From contig MU058636.1 of the NCBI GenBank assembly GCA_013265495.1, positions 8,577,425 to 8,641,424 of the forward strand: a stretch of 64,000 bases of DNA, written 5' to 3'. Position numbers and translations under genes: made by a program. The notes beneath the pieces were generated by a model. It saw only the letters and a program-made list of their open reading frames with translations. It made no database searches and was not told the origin of the DNA. The stretch is from Vicugna vicugna (Eukaryota). Shown here one piece after another: positions 25,401-37,821 of this stretch; position 1 is the stretch's first letter; every line of letters starts with the position of its first letter.

Positions 25401-27427
25401 GAGAGTCCTGTTGGGTCCTTGTCAACAGGGACTCCCTGAACATCAGCCCCTCAGATCTTAGGTTTCTTTGCAGATTGAGTCTTGGCTGCCATATTAACCT
25501 ACACTCAGGGCCATGAGTCCTGTTTGTCACCCTCAATTGGCTCTTCTCCTCTTTGGAGAATATTTCCCAGGCTCACAGATGTCTGCTAAAAAGGCAAGTC
25601 ATAATCACTTCATCTCCCCCAACCCACTCCAGTCACAGAATCTCAAATAATCTGCTTCAATCCACTACAAACGCAGCCAAGAAAAGATAACATAGTCTAG
25701 TCCCTTGCTCATATAAGACGTAGCGATTAGTAAATAATTAAGTGTGGGTTTCACTCTCCATGTTAAATTAAGCCCAGAAGGTTAAAACTCAGTAAGACTG
25801 CACAGCAGGCACTTCTCACTTCCTTTGCTGTTTCTGGATAGTAATTCAGATTGAGTAACAACTTAAAAGCACTATACAGGTAACAGAAAAGTCAAAGGCA
25901 TAAATATTATAAAAGGCAATCTCTGCCTTTTGCCTTGAACTTTTAAATCTTTTACTCAATCTTTTCAGATCCTTTCAATTTACCAAGTGAGTTTATTTCC
26001 ACCCTGAACTCACACATCGATTATGCAAATCAAAACAAATTAGCTTTTTTTTATACTAGACTGCTTATAAGACTCTTCATAGAAGTTCATTATGCACAAG
26101 GAATCCAGAATCTCCTAAATATCTCCAACGAGTACAGTAATTACCCAGAGCAACTTAAAAGATTAAATTTATTTCACAAAGCAGTTTTGACAGCTTACTT
26201 GGTTATTGTCCAAATTTATGATAGATTTGCCCCCCCCAGAGGATTTTGTTATTTTGTACAGTCATTTGCCCTATAACACTGTGATCACTTTTTAATGACA
26301 TAAAGCTGTATTATGATTTTAAAGTACTCATCCTAGAAGTTTATCTTCTTAGTACATTGGCATTGAAAGACTTAAGACAATGCTTAAAACGGCTTTTATC
26401 AGCAGGCACGTGAGCAATTTCTTCCAAATTCAATCAGCTCTGTGTCTTTGGAAGTTTAACAGATACGACAGGATTATTTACGTAAGTGGGATGGCTTATT
26501 TTCCATCAAGGTTTCATTTACCCTTTAACTAAATGAAACTAATTTTCATTCAGTCATCATTCTCCCGTTATTCTAGGAGCTGGCGTAGACTAATTTAAAG
26601 TATTAATTTAAGAGATGAGAAAGAGCTATGGATTACTTCATAGACGCCTCCATTCTGACTCTGGCTCCATTACAAACAGCCCTTGGATCACTGCTAATTT
26701 TCTCTGCTTCCTGGAGACTCAATTGCCCTAAGGAAATTGAGGAATTAAACTACCAAGATCTACTCTAATTCTAATAGATGATCCCACATTACCTCAGGTA
26801 AAACAGTTTATTAGTTTCGTAAACAATTGCTGATTTATTAAAATTACCATGAAAGTGAAGCTGGTAGTTGATATTTTAGTTGTCAGTTTTCCATTTTCCA
26901 TTCAAAATTGCAATCTCAAAGGGCCATGATGTTAATAACCTCACAGGCGCTCTGTATGCACTGATGGAACATTTAGATGAAAAGTAAAAAATCCCATCTA
27001 TCAATTAAATATTTTGTCTACAGACTATCAGAAATTGGAATATCAATAAATATTTATTTTTCTTAAACTAGATGTTTGACACATTGTAATTACAGCCTTC
27101 TGCCACTGAAACCAACATTGTTAGTGTTTGGAAGTAAAATAATCATTATTATGCAAATTCTACAATGTATTTCTGTGTAAATTTTTACTGCAGAAAAGAT
27201 ATACTGTTCTAGAATTGTATTTTAGTCAATAATTATTTTGATCTCCTCTTTAAATGTTATATAATGAATAAACACAGTGGAAGACCGTCTTAACTCAAGG
27301 TAAACTTTAGCATCGATACCTAATCAATGCTATATTTTGGGGATTAAACAATAGTGTAGTGCTTAACTTGCCCTCTGCTAAATTCCTGCAAAACTGATTT
27401 CTCTAGTTGATAATTTTTAAAATTTTC

Positions 27428-27863
27428 TGTATATGTTAATTCTATGTGTCACTTGGCTGGGCCAAGGGATGTCCAAATATCTGGTTAAACATTTCTGGGT
27501 ATGTCAGTGAGGCTGTTTCCAGAAGAGATGAGCATTTGAATTGATGGGCAGAGAGAAGCAGATCCCCCACCCCTCCCTGCAACATGGGTGGGCAGCAGCA
27601 TCCAATCTGTTGAGAGCTTGACTAGAATAAAAAGACAAAGGAGGACTGAATTCTCTCTGCCCACCTGTTGAGCTGAGGTATCAGTCTTCTCCTGATCTTG
27701 GACTGGACTGTATTCCTGATTCCTAGGCCTTCGGACTCAGGCTGGAATTTATGCCACCAGCTCCCTTTGGTGTCCAGCTTGCAGATGACTGATTGTGGGA
27801 CTTCTCAGACTCTGTAATTGTGTGAGCCAGTTCCTTATGATAAACATCATTTCTTTCTATCTA

Positions 27864-27924
<61 letters not shown>

Positions 27925-27977
27925 ATCTATCTCTATGTCTCTTATTGGTTCTGTTTCTCTGGGGAACCCCTAATACA
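27428..27977 (+). mobile_element. MLT2-family (ERVL) solo LTR
   Basis: TGT...GTTAATT.TATGTGTCA.TTGGCTGGGCCA...GTTTCCAGAAGAGAT.AGCATTTGAAT...GTGGGACTTCTCAG.CTC..TAATTGTGTGAGCCA...ATTGGTTCTGTTTCTCTGG.GAACCC.TAATACA. Confidence 0.88.
27857..27932. repeat. Compound (TCTA)n/(TCTG)n tetranucleotide microsatellite within MLT2
   Basis: Direct read. Confidence 0.95.
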
Positions 27978-28489
27978 CTGTACCTTCAGCTGCCCCTTCT
28001 TTGTCAAAATTTTAGAAATCCTCTTGAGTGTCTGCATTTTGCATTTTTAAAGGACATAAGATTTGCACTCAGCAAGAGCTTGTTTGTACCCCAATACTGA
28101 TGCCTTCAACCAGTGTGGTCTACACAAAATTTACCTCAAGAGCTATGTTTTCTCCTGCATAAAATTGAGATAATACTGACTATCTCAGAATCCAATGTTA
28201 AAGAGTCAAGATAAAATATATTAAGCTTGAACGGTGCTTGGATTGAAGATACACAGTAAATGCCTATTCGGTTTCAACCTTGAATTTTTTTTTCCTTCTT
28301 CTATAGTTTTGGAAGTTCAGGACTTGAATTAACCTTCAATTTACTATAAGCACATTGTAATACACTAACTCAATTTCACGACCCAGGAAGTTTTGGTCTA
28401 AGGGACTTCAAGTGGTTTTACTTTTTTCCTAAGGATAAAGCACTTGAGCTTTAGGACTCTGGCTTCTAAACGGACAATAAAAGATGTTG

Positions 28490-28680
28490 ATTTGGGAGGC
28501 TACACAAATAGGTTTTTGCAGTCTCCTTCTGTCTCTCAGCCCCAGGTTAGTTATTTTCTCTCCTCCCAGACTCAGTCTCCCCATCTATCAGCGTAGATAA
28601 TGATGCTCACATGCAGGGTTGTTGCTATGCAAACATGATTCAATGTACAAGAGTGGCTGACCCGTAGGTATTCATTTGAT
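28490..28680 (+). mobile_element. MIR SINE fragment
   Basis: CTCAGTCTCCCCATCTAT.A...GATAATGATG...AGGGTTGTTG. Confidence 0.55.
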
Positions 28681-30559
28681 GGTGACTGTCTTTAGTTTCA
28701 CTGAATTTCTAACTGGCAAAATTTCTAGATGTAAACTCATGCAAATTATTTGGCAATATTTGTTAAAAATGAGCTTAAATTTCTCTAAATTAAGACATAA
28801 ATTAGCATATATATCCCATGGTATATATAATAAATATGTAATAATCATGATACAGTATTATTTTTTAATGCAAAATATATTTAAATTCATTTTATAAAAT
28901 TAATTTCCAGACTATTGGAGATACTAAGTTCACAGTTTAAGAGACGACTAGTTTCTAATAATCTACTATCATGCTATGCATTTAATACTTACCTGTCAGT
29001 TTTATAACACTGGGGAAATATAACTGTGTCTCATAAAATTAATGGAAATATGGATGAATAATTTGTATTAGAAATATTCTCCAAGATGCAACATATACAG
29101 GCAGGTAGACAGACAGGTTTAAGAGCTACTAAGATAGAATACATGTATATATAAAGAAATGCATTTTTACCAGTCATTTAATATATGAATAAAATAGAAT
29201 GAACAAGACACAAAATGAGAATAATTACTATAATATGAACCAATGTAAGTCATAAAATGACGATACAACCTTGATACCTTAGCCTTCATGATGTAAATTA
29301 ATATGAATTTTCATAAGCCTATATTTTAAGTAAAAGATCCCACAAGAAGAGTATTTCCCTTTTATTTAGTGGCTTGATTTTTCTAAGTTAAAAATCAATC
29401 AGAATATTTAAACAAAATAAAAATGGTCAATATTTTGTTTGTGAGTAGAATAATAAATACAAATAAATCATATATACAATAGTGACTTCACCATACTTTA
29501 GCTAATCAAGCATTTTAACACCTCCCTGACAGGAAACACTTGGAAGACATGTGTCTAAGCATGAGGCCAGTCCACATCTCATTTGTGCCATGAAAAGGGC
29601 AAGATGCCCAATATGCGAACATACTTTTTTTGTTCCTGTGGAGAGCAGCATTGTTTATCCAGGTGGGGAAAGATAGTTCCATTGTGGCAAATATTTTAAA
29701 AAGTGGGCATCTCACCCCTTTTGCAGAGGATCTATGTATGCTGCCCTAAAAGAGAATATAAAATTCCTCACCAAATAGCCAGAATGAATGACAAGATCAC
29801 AGTAGATGTTCTATTACATCATCCTTCACTCCGCTCTACTCGAATGACAACTGGAACCATAATTGGGTAGCAGTAAATGTCCTCCTTACACTGGGTTTAT
29901 AAGGCAATCACTCACATATACAAAATGAATCTTAATCATGGGTTCTGGTGAATAAATAAAACAAAAAATATAAAAAAGGAAAAACATGGATATTTTACTC
30001 CAATATCCCATAATCGAATAAAATAATCAAGTCAGATACTTAGAACAGTTAATCATTTATTCTCTTATTTATTCATCCATGGAAACTTTATCAAAGTTCT
30101 ACTATCTTTGGGTACTAAACTGAGAATTAAAAAATACAACAATATGCTCTTCCTTTTAGAAAGCTCATATTTTTAGATGGTGAGAAAACCATCTAAAGTA
30201 TCAGGTATGATATCATGAGTGCAAATGTATATTTAGAAAGATTTATAGATACTTAGAAAACTTCACAGAAAGATAATATTTGAACTGCATTTTGAAGGAT
30301 GAAAAATTTATAAGGTAGGGGAAAAAAAGTGGCCATTTCTGGAAGATGGAAACAGCAAAACGTGGAATCATAAAAAGTCCATGTATACTTTAAGAAAATG
30401 ATTTGGCTAGAGAGGGGAGTTTTGGAATCACATATAAATCATGGAGGATAATTCTATGGTTATGTACATTTTTTACTGCCTAATATGTTAATTAATTCCT
30501 TTTAAAAATTTTGGTGAATGCTTAATCTATGCTAGAAAATGGATTTAAACCATTTCTAT

Positions 30560-32030
30560 TCTTTTCTTTAACTTTCTATTTTGAAATAATTTTAGATTTA
30601 CAGAAGAGTTGCGAAGACTCTTCAGAGACTTCCCTCAGCTTCCCCTAATGTTAATATCTTAGATAAGCATGATTTTTAGCAAAAATAAGAAATCAACCTT
30701 GAAAAAAATACTATTAACTGAACTATAGGCTTGATTACCATTTTTTTCCCTTGTAATATTCTTCTTTCAGGATCCATCCCAGAATACCACATTACACTTA
30801 GTCACTGTGTCTTCTTAATTGAAATCCATGCCAGTTTCTCAATCTTTCCTTGTCTTTCTTGACCTTGACATTTCAGGAACACTGGGCAAGTATTTCGTAG
30901 GATGTTCCTCAATTTTGTTCGCCTGCTTTTCCTCGTGCTTAGACTAAGGTTATGGATTTGGGGAAAAATGTCACAGTGGTCATCTGTATCATCCCACAAT
31001 ATCAACATGACTTATTAACGATGGTGGTGATTTTGATCACTCGATGAGCCATGCCTGCCAGCTTTCTCCACTATTCACTTGGGTACAAACAAATCAACAC
31101 ATCTGACTCATGTTCAAGGTGAGGGGAATTAAGCCTCGCCTGCAGGGAGGATTATTAAAGAGTTTTTGGACATATGTTAAAGCCACCACAATAATGAATA
31201 CTTATCTCGAGGAGATACTTTGAGGCAATGCAAATATCCTTCCTCCCCTTGAAGTTTTGTCCACTGATTTATTTCAGCATCCATCTGTGTTTCCTCCCTG
31301 AAGCAATCATCACCCTGTTCTAATGGTATTTTTTCTCTTTCTCTCATTCCTACAGTTATTACTTGGAATTCTACTTCAAGAAAAAGTGTCCTTTTGACTC
31401 ATTAATTTATCTATCCAATTGTTTATTTATATCATTATGGCTTTGTAAATATTCTTCTTATTTTTGAGTTATAACATCACACTGTTTTTTCTGTTGTTGT
31501 TCAAAATGTCTCAGCTTTGGTCATTGGGAGCTCTTTCTGGTTGGCACTGGTGCTCTTTTGTCACATACTTAGACTTTTTATTTATTTACTGAGCATGTCC
31601 TTACTTTCTACAAGATGCTCCAGGCTCATCTTATAATTTCCTTGCCCTAGTCCCAGAAGCAACCGTTTTTCAAAGGAGCCCAGATCCTTTGATCAGATCA
31701 TGGTACTTAGAAATTAATATCTGGGTGTTAGGTGTGCTTGCTGCTACCGGGGTGTCACTGATGTTCATTCTAGTATTCCCTTTGGTTATTTGTGACTTCT
31801 TTTTCTGACAATAAGAAACCTGGCTCTTATTTAGTTACACGATATTAACCTATTTGTTGAACCTTAATATGCATATAATGTAGTTTCCGAATTACTAGAC
31901 CACACCCCTGAGAGAAACAGAAGGACCAACCAGAGCACCATGTTTGTGTATACAGTTCCTTGCATCTCAGCCTTGTACTATCTGGACAAACTGTTCATTT
32001 CCAATGTTACTTAGCTCCTCCTTTCTTCCC
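30560..32030 (-). mobile_element. L1MC/MD-type 3' UTR relic
   Basis: TTTTGAAATAATTTTAGATTTACAGAAGAGTTGC...CAGCTTCCCCTAATGTTAA.ATCTTA...AAGATGCTCCAGGCTCATCTT. Confidence 0.75.
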
Positions 32031-32873
32031 TACCATTCCATTATTTTTTAATGTTCACAGTTCAGGGGAGATTGATCATTAACAAATTACTGTGTAGAAC
32101 AAAAGATGTAAAGCTTATGCTAGATCCCATAAAGGGAAGTGAAGAGCTCTTACTTGTGTTAATAACAATGAAGAAATGCCTGCTAAACCAAACTACAACA
32201 CGGAAATATTAATGAGCATCCTGGTGCATGAAAACCAAAGAATATTTATCCTAAAATATCATGAAAGTGGCATTTGGTAAAATAATGAAATATTTATTCA
32301 CTCAAAGAATATTACTGAGATTTTTAACATGTATTGACAATGGGCTAGTGAAGTTTAAGGTAGATAGGATATGGTCCTTCCTCAAAAGAAGTGTCTATAT
32401 GTGAAACCCCACTGTTCTAGGGGTATGCACAGCAAGAAGTGGCTGTGAGGTCTCGCCCAGTAGCCATGGGATACTTAGCACATTTGTAACCTCTTACAGC
32501 CTAGAGATGCCTTTAAGTGCGTGAGACAGAAAGGCTCTCAGCGTCAACAACTTTCATGTCATAGGGTTCTGCTTTCAGCGTGGATTCTGTTTGGAAATTG
32601 TTCTCTTCCTGCCAAAGATCACAAACATTAAAATCTTCTCAACATTGAAACAACATTCAGAGGAAGAGCGTCCTCACACTGTTTGCTCATAGAATAGATG
32701 AAGTAAAGAGGAAGAGAGCCTGAGAAAATGGAAAGTCAGTACTTTGTAGAAAATATATTGGCCACTCCAGCACTGGGCATCTCTGTTCGCAGCCAGGACT
32801 ACGGGAATACAATTGCTCACCTTGGTTGTCTCTACCTGAATGTCAAGACGTAGCTCAAGCATCACCTACTCTT

Positions 32874-33000
32874 TTTTTTTTTTTTTTGGTTTTTGGTTTG
32901 GTTTGGTTTCTTTGGTGGGGGGAGGTAATTCGGTTTGTTTGTTTGTTTGTTTATTCATTCATTCATTTATTGATGGAGGTACTGGGGATTGAACCCAGGA
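32874..33000 (-). mobile_element. 5'-truncated camelid-type tRNA SINE
   Basis: Shares ATGGAGGTACTGGGGATTGAACCCAGGA and the tail structure with 15081-15232. TSD ATCACCTACTCTT (32861-32873) / ATCACATATTCTT (33001-33013). Confidence 0.85.
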
Positions 33001-34021
33001 ATCACATATTCTTGAAAGAATTTCCTGACCCTCTTTCCCCCTAGCAATGGCAGGTTCAGGTAGAATTTCATTTCCACGTCCTGCAGCTAGTGTCTCATAC
33101 TTTGAGCAAATGGATTCTCTGAGCATTTAAAATCTCCATGGTACTCACTGATGTTCTATCTTCCTCTCCCACCCTAGCTCCATACATATACTAAAGGATT
33201 TAATAATATAGAGCCTCCTTAACAGCAGGGACTGTTTTGCTATTCCCTGTATCCCCACTACCTACCCTATAATAATCAGTTCTGTTCTGTCAAATGAATG
33301 AATGAATGAAGAGTGTGTGTTTGAGTTATTTACAAGAGCAGATGGAGATTAAGTATCCTTACAATTTTTTGTTAGAAACCTCTAGACAAAGAAGAGACTG
33401 TTCCAAAGCAGAACTGCTTGCAACACCAAAGTGGATAAACAAATGATGATAAATAGATTGTCAAAAAGAATCTAAACTTCATCAGAAACACTACAGTGTG
33501 TCACGTTTATCAAAGGCTTCCCCCAAGTTTTTAGTTAAAAATAACTGAATGTTAAAAAACCAGTACATACTCTATGTATAAGATTTTGTAAACAGAAATA
33601 TGCTTGTTAGAAAAATCTTTAAAAAAAAAAAAAAAGCAAAAGAATCTCCCTCAAGCTATATGGGGCAAGCTCCATCAGAAAACTGCATTACAGCCCTATA
33701 TGGGCCAAGCGCACAAGCAGCTCCTTACAAAATCATCCCTAACAAAGGCCTTTGCATCTAAGGGAACCGTACATTACAGGAGAACATAGGAGAGAGACTA
33801 ATTTTTCCCGGTGTGAGGCTAAAAGCACAGAATAGGGATGAGTGCAATTTTGACAAACAGAGAAATGTGGGGAGGATATTCCAGATATATGAAAATTGCT
33901 CTGGCATTTTATTTGAAGTACATGATTCATCTTTTTCATTTCCGCATTCAGTAAATATGTAATGCATAGTTAGCAGGCGACACTGTATAATATGGAGAAT
34001 ACTGCGGTAAGTGAGCAAGTC

Positions 34022-34571
34022 AGTTACAGGCACTGGAAGCAGCTTTTGGCAGGAAAGAGCTCTCTGCAGGAGGTCCCTTTTGTCTGGTTACTAACCTTAA
34101 ACCAGGCACCTCCCACGCACACTTTTCAAATTTTTTGATCACACAATACCTGGCCTAGCTTGTCGGTTCTTTCCGTAGGTCAAAGAAGTAGGAATAAAGA
34201 ATAAGTAATTAGCAGATGACCAGATCTCTTCTCCAGCTTTCCCTTCTGTGATCTGACAAACTGTGCGAACAAGACAGCATCTAAGGAGAGGTCACAAGAA
34301 GTCGACAACTCTGTACGCAGTTAGGGGGTGAGAGTGGCTCGGACCGCAGGGCATTTCTCAATGATCAACCGAGATTACTTCCTGTTTGCACTTTAATAAC
34401 TTTCACGGCTGAGCAGAATCTTGGGGGATGGTTTTTGGGGGACACTCTGTGTACCATTTCCCCAGCTTGCCGGCATTCTGATTAAAAGCAACTTTCCTTT
34501 CTACCAACACCTGTCTCTCTCTTGGGTATTGATTTTCGAGCACTGAGTAGCAGGACCAGAGTTCAGTAACA
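34022..34571 (+). mobile_element. Probable ERV1-like solo LTR inserted in an L2 relic
   Basis: GTTAC...GTAACA inverted termini (the first base is A, not T), ATTAAA near the 3' end, more CpG than the flanks; no clean TSD. Confidence 0.6.
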
Positions 34572-35199
34572 CCATTGTTTTTATGGAACTTCTACCTCAC
34601 GATGCGGAAGGAGACACAGAACAAACTTAACAAGATAATCATGAGGACCACGAGGAAGTGCAGACAAGTAGAAGTGGTGACGTCATACCTAGAACCTACG
34701 TGGCTACTTCAGTTCCATTACTGTGTTGGGGGAAGCCTGTCGGAATCTGAGTGACAAAAGGAGTGAGCTTGGGAAGATGGAAGAGGACGACAACACCAGC
34801 AGAGGAAGGAAACTGAGTGAAGGGTCTGAGACTAGAAGGAGGCGGGCTTGCTCACTCCGGGTTCAGCATGAAGGCCCGTGTTGCTGGAGCGCTGGGAGAA
34901 AGAGCTGAGCTGAGATGTGTGCAGGGGCCATGACGAAGGCCATCAAGACAAACATCTTGTTAATGCTGGACTTCAAAATCTTCTAGCTAATTGGCCATGG
35001 CTCCTGGGGGCTACAGTCTAGAGGCCACAAAATCACGCGCCAGTGCGGAAGTGCCTGGAACGTTAAACGTAGATGGTAGGATTCTTGATGGTCCTCATGT
35101 TTGAGTAACCCTTCTTGTATTAAGAAGAAGGAACTATATGGAGGAGGGAACTGGTTACAAACTTCCAGAGAAAGACCACAGTGAAAAAAACTGACACTC

Positions 35200-35420
35200 A
35201 CTGGTACTTAATATGCTCTAGTATGTTCTAAGCCTTCCCACACACTTTATATACACTAGCTCATTTGATTTTTACAACAACTCCAAGAGGAAGTAATAAG
35301 TACTTTATAGAAGAGGAAACTGAAGCACTGAGAGATTAAGGCATTTCCCTAAGATCATACACCTAGGAACTGGCAGAACCAAGGTACAAACCCAGGCAAG
35401 TCTGGGTTTATAAACACACT
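35200..35420 (-). mobile_element. MIR SINE
   Basis: CTCATTT.AT...ACAACAAC...GAGGAAACTGAAGCAC.GAGAG.TTAAG...AAGATCATACA...TGGCAGA.CC. Confidence 0.75.
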
Positions 35421-37197
35421 CTTTACAGTATAAACAAACAGTATAAACACACTCCTTACTCCTGCATTGTTTTGCTCTTCAGTACGAACTGAAAAGATCT
35501 CTGAAGAGTGGATGGCAGTTCTTATTAAAAGAAACAAAAAAGGAATTATGATGGATTTATAACGGGTCATTACTTTTTTTGCAAAATAGTTGTGACTAAA
35601 AAAGATTTATATTGTATTTTATAGGGTACAAAGATTTTTACATTTCTTCAAATTTTACTTTGTGAATCTATAATAACAATAAAATGCTTGCGTATTTTAA
35701 AAAAATATGTAAGATTACACTTGATACTCTGAAACGAACTATAATGGCAAAGTGAGTAACAATTGTAAATATAATTTGAATATCTACACATAATATTTTA
35801 CTGTTTCAAAGTGTTTTCACTTACATGAATCTTTCTAAAAATCCCGGGAGGAAGTATATCCATTTTAGAGATGAGGAAACAGGTTTAGAAGTAATGTGTC
35901 CAAATGATTTCACACATAAAGACACATAAAAGATAATTAGAATATTTCCATAAGGACATGTCTTAACAGCTAAGAGCTGTATTAACAACCTGTAAATGAG
36001 AAATGAATTATATATGATTCTTAACTGCCAAAAAATGCTCTGACAGTCTCAAACTGTTGGTACTTTATTTTTATATGGCATAGATTATTATAAATACATC
36101 ATTTAAAAGATCACAGGATGTCAAATCTGGAAGGGAACACATGGATCTTCTTATTTAACCCCCTTAGAATACTCTGTGTGAAAGAATTCAGATTTCTACT
36201 GCTTTTACTGAACATGCTTTACACTATTTTTATTAACGTGGTAATGGACGCTACTGATTAGTGCTCCTTGTTCTATAAGCAGGAAGTACTGTCTCTGAGT
36301 GTGTGTTGCTTCACATGATGGATTCTGGCAATGCACATAGACTTCAGGCAACCTGTTTCCATCAATGGCAAATTGCATGTCACTTTACACAATAAAGTGA
36401 ATATATCTTTACTGCTGCTACCATGTTGTATAAATGGTCTCCTCTCAGTAAAGCCTTCTCTGAGGGATTTTTGAGTTAGCAGTCTCTACTCCTTTAAACA
36501 TGAGTCCATGATTTTCATTTCCATTTACGGTAAGGATGCCTATGTACAGAACGCCTCCAGCGGACACGAGTTTCTAGTGCCTGGTTGGAAAGAGACTCTT
36601 TTCTTGATAATATGTGACCCCTAGGTTTTGTTCTTTTGTAGGGTACGTTTTGGAAGATTGTGATTTTATAAAGTTGGGATTCTGGATAATAGTAATCTGG
36701 GTATTATCAAATATACCCAAAATTCTGAACCTATGATTTAAAATTTGCTGTCAAGAGCCTTGCGTATTATATTTCACAATGAACTTTGTGATAACAAGTC
36801 AGAAGAGCCAAATGAATGTCAACTCATCAGGACGTTTCCTAAGAGTGAAATCTTGCAGTCAAGCCCGGCAAGTAGAGTTCTTTCTGATGTCTTTAGCTAT
36901 GAGAAATTCCACTCTTTAAACACTGTCTCATTGAGAAATAAAAACATTTTCCTTGAGATCAAGGTAAATGCATTCCTAAGTGGAATTGGAAAGAATCAGA
37001 AATGTCACTGAAACAGTAGGTAGAGTAAGAAGACGACAAAGCCAGAGAAGGAGTAAGTGTGTAGTCTAACACTGGGAAAATGGAAGGGAAGTTTGACAGA
37101 GAATGAATGAGGCCTTGGTTGGGTTTGATGAGTTCAGTTAGAAGCCTAATGGACATTGATCTAAATAGAAAATATGAAAAGATTCTGGAGTAGGTAC

Positions 37198-37821
37198 TGA
37201 TACAGGAAAGTGTGGGGTGAAAGGACAGCCATTTTCCAGGTCTCCTTTGAGTCCCTGGGATGCACCCCACCCAGTGAGGGTCCTTGGCTTTGCACAGGAA
37301 GGAATTCAAGAGGGAGCCATAGCAGAGTGAAGGCAGATCTATTCACAGAGATACATACTCCACAGATAGAGTGCAGGTCGTCTCAGCAGGCCAGAGAGAG
37401 TGACAGAGGGGCCAAGAGATACACATTCCACGGGCAGAACGCAGGCCATCTTCCTCAGAAGGGAGAGCGGCCCTGAGGTGTGGGGATTGCTACTTTTTGT
37501 GGGCTTGGTAACTTCATATGCTAACAAGCGGGAAGATTATTCCAACACCGTGTTGGCCGGGATTCCCAGGAATTGGGCCACCACCCACTTTTTGACCTTT
37601 TATGATCAGCCTTGGAACCGTCATGGTGCCCGTGGGAGTGCCATTTACTACATCAGTACATTACAATGAGCATATAATGAAGCTCAAGGTCTACTGGAAG
37701 TCAAATCTCCCGCCATCTTGGGCCTCAAGGTCTACAGGGAGTAGGATCTCCTGCCATCTTGGTGCTAATTGCTGCGTCATTCCTTTAACGGCTGTGCCCT
37801 GCCCACTCCCCTCCTGTCTCA
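37198..37821 (-). mobile_element. Solo ERV LTR, same family as copy A, copy B
   Basis: TG...CA termini and exact 4-bp TSD GTAC (37194-37197 / 37822-37825). The minus strand starts TGAGACAGGAGGGGAGTGGGCAGGGCACAGCC like copy A and shares CTCTTGAATTC..TCCTG.GCAAAGCCAAGGACCC. Confidence 0.9.

Noticed and set aside
27144..27158. Sox-Oct composite-like CATTATTATGCAAAT
   Set aside because: The mismatch hits the core G of the Sox half-site, and the background is AT-rich.
28987..28995. Perfect minus-strand donor CAG|GTAAGT in intron 1
   Set aside because: No convincing partner acceptor or promoter identified; a single 9-mer in 48 kb is plausible by chance.
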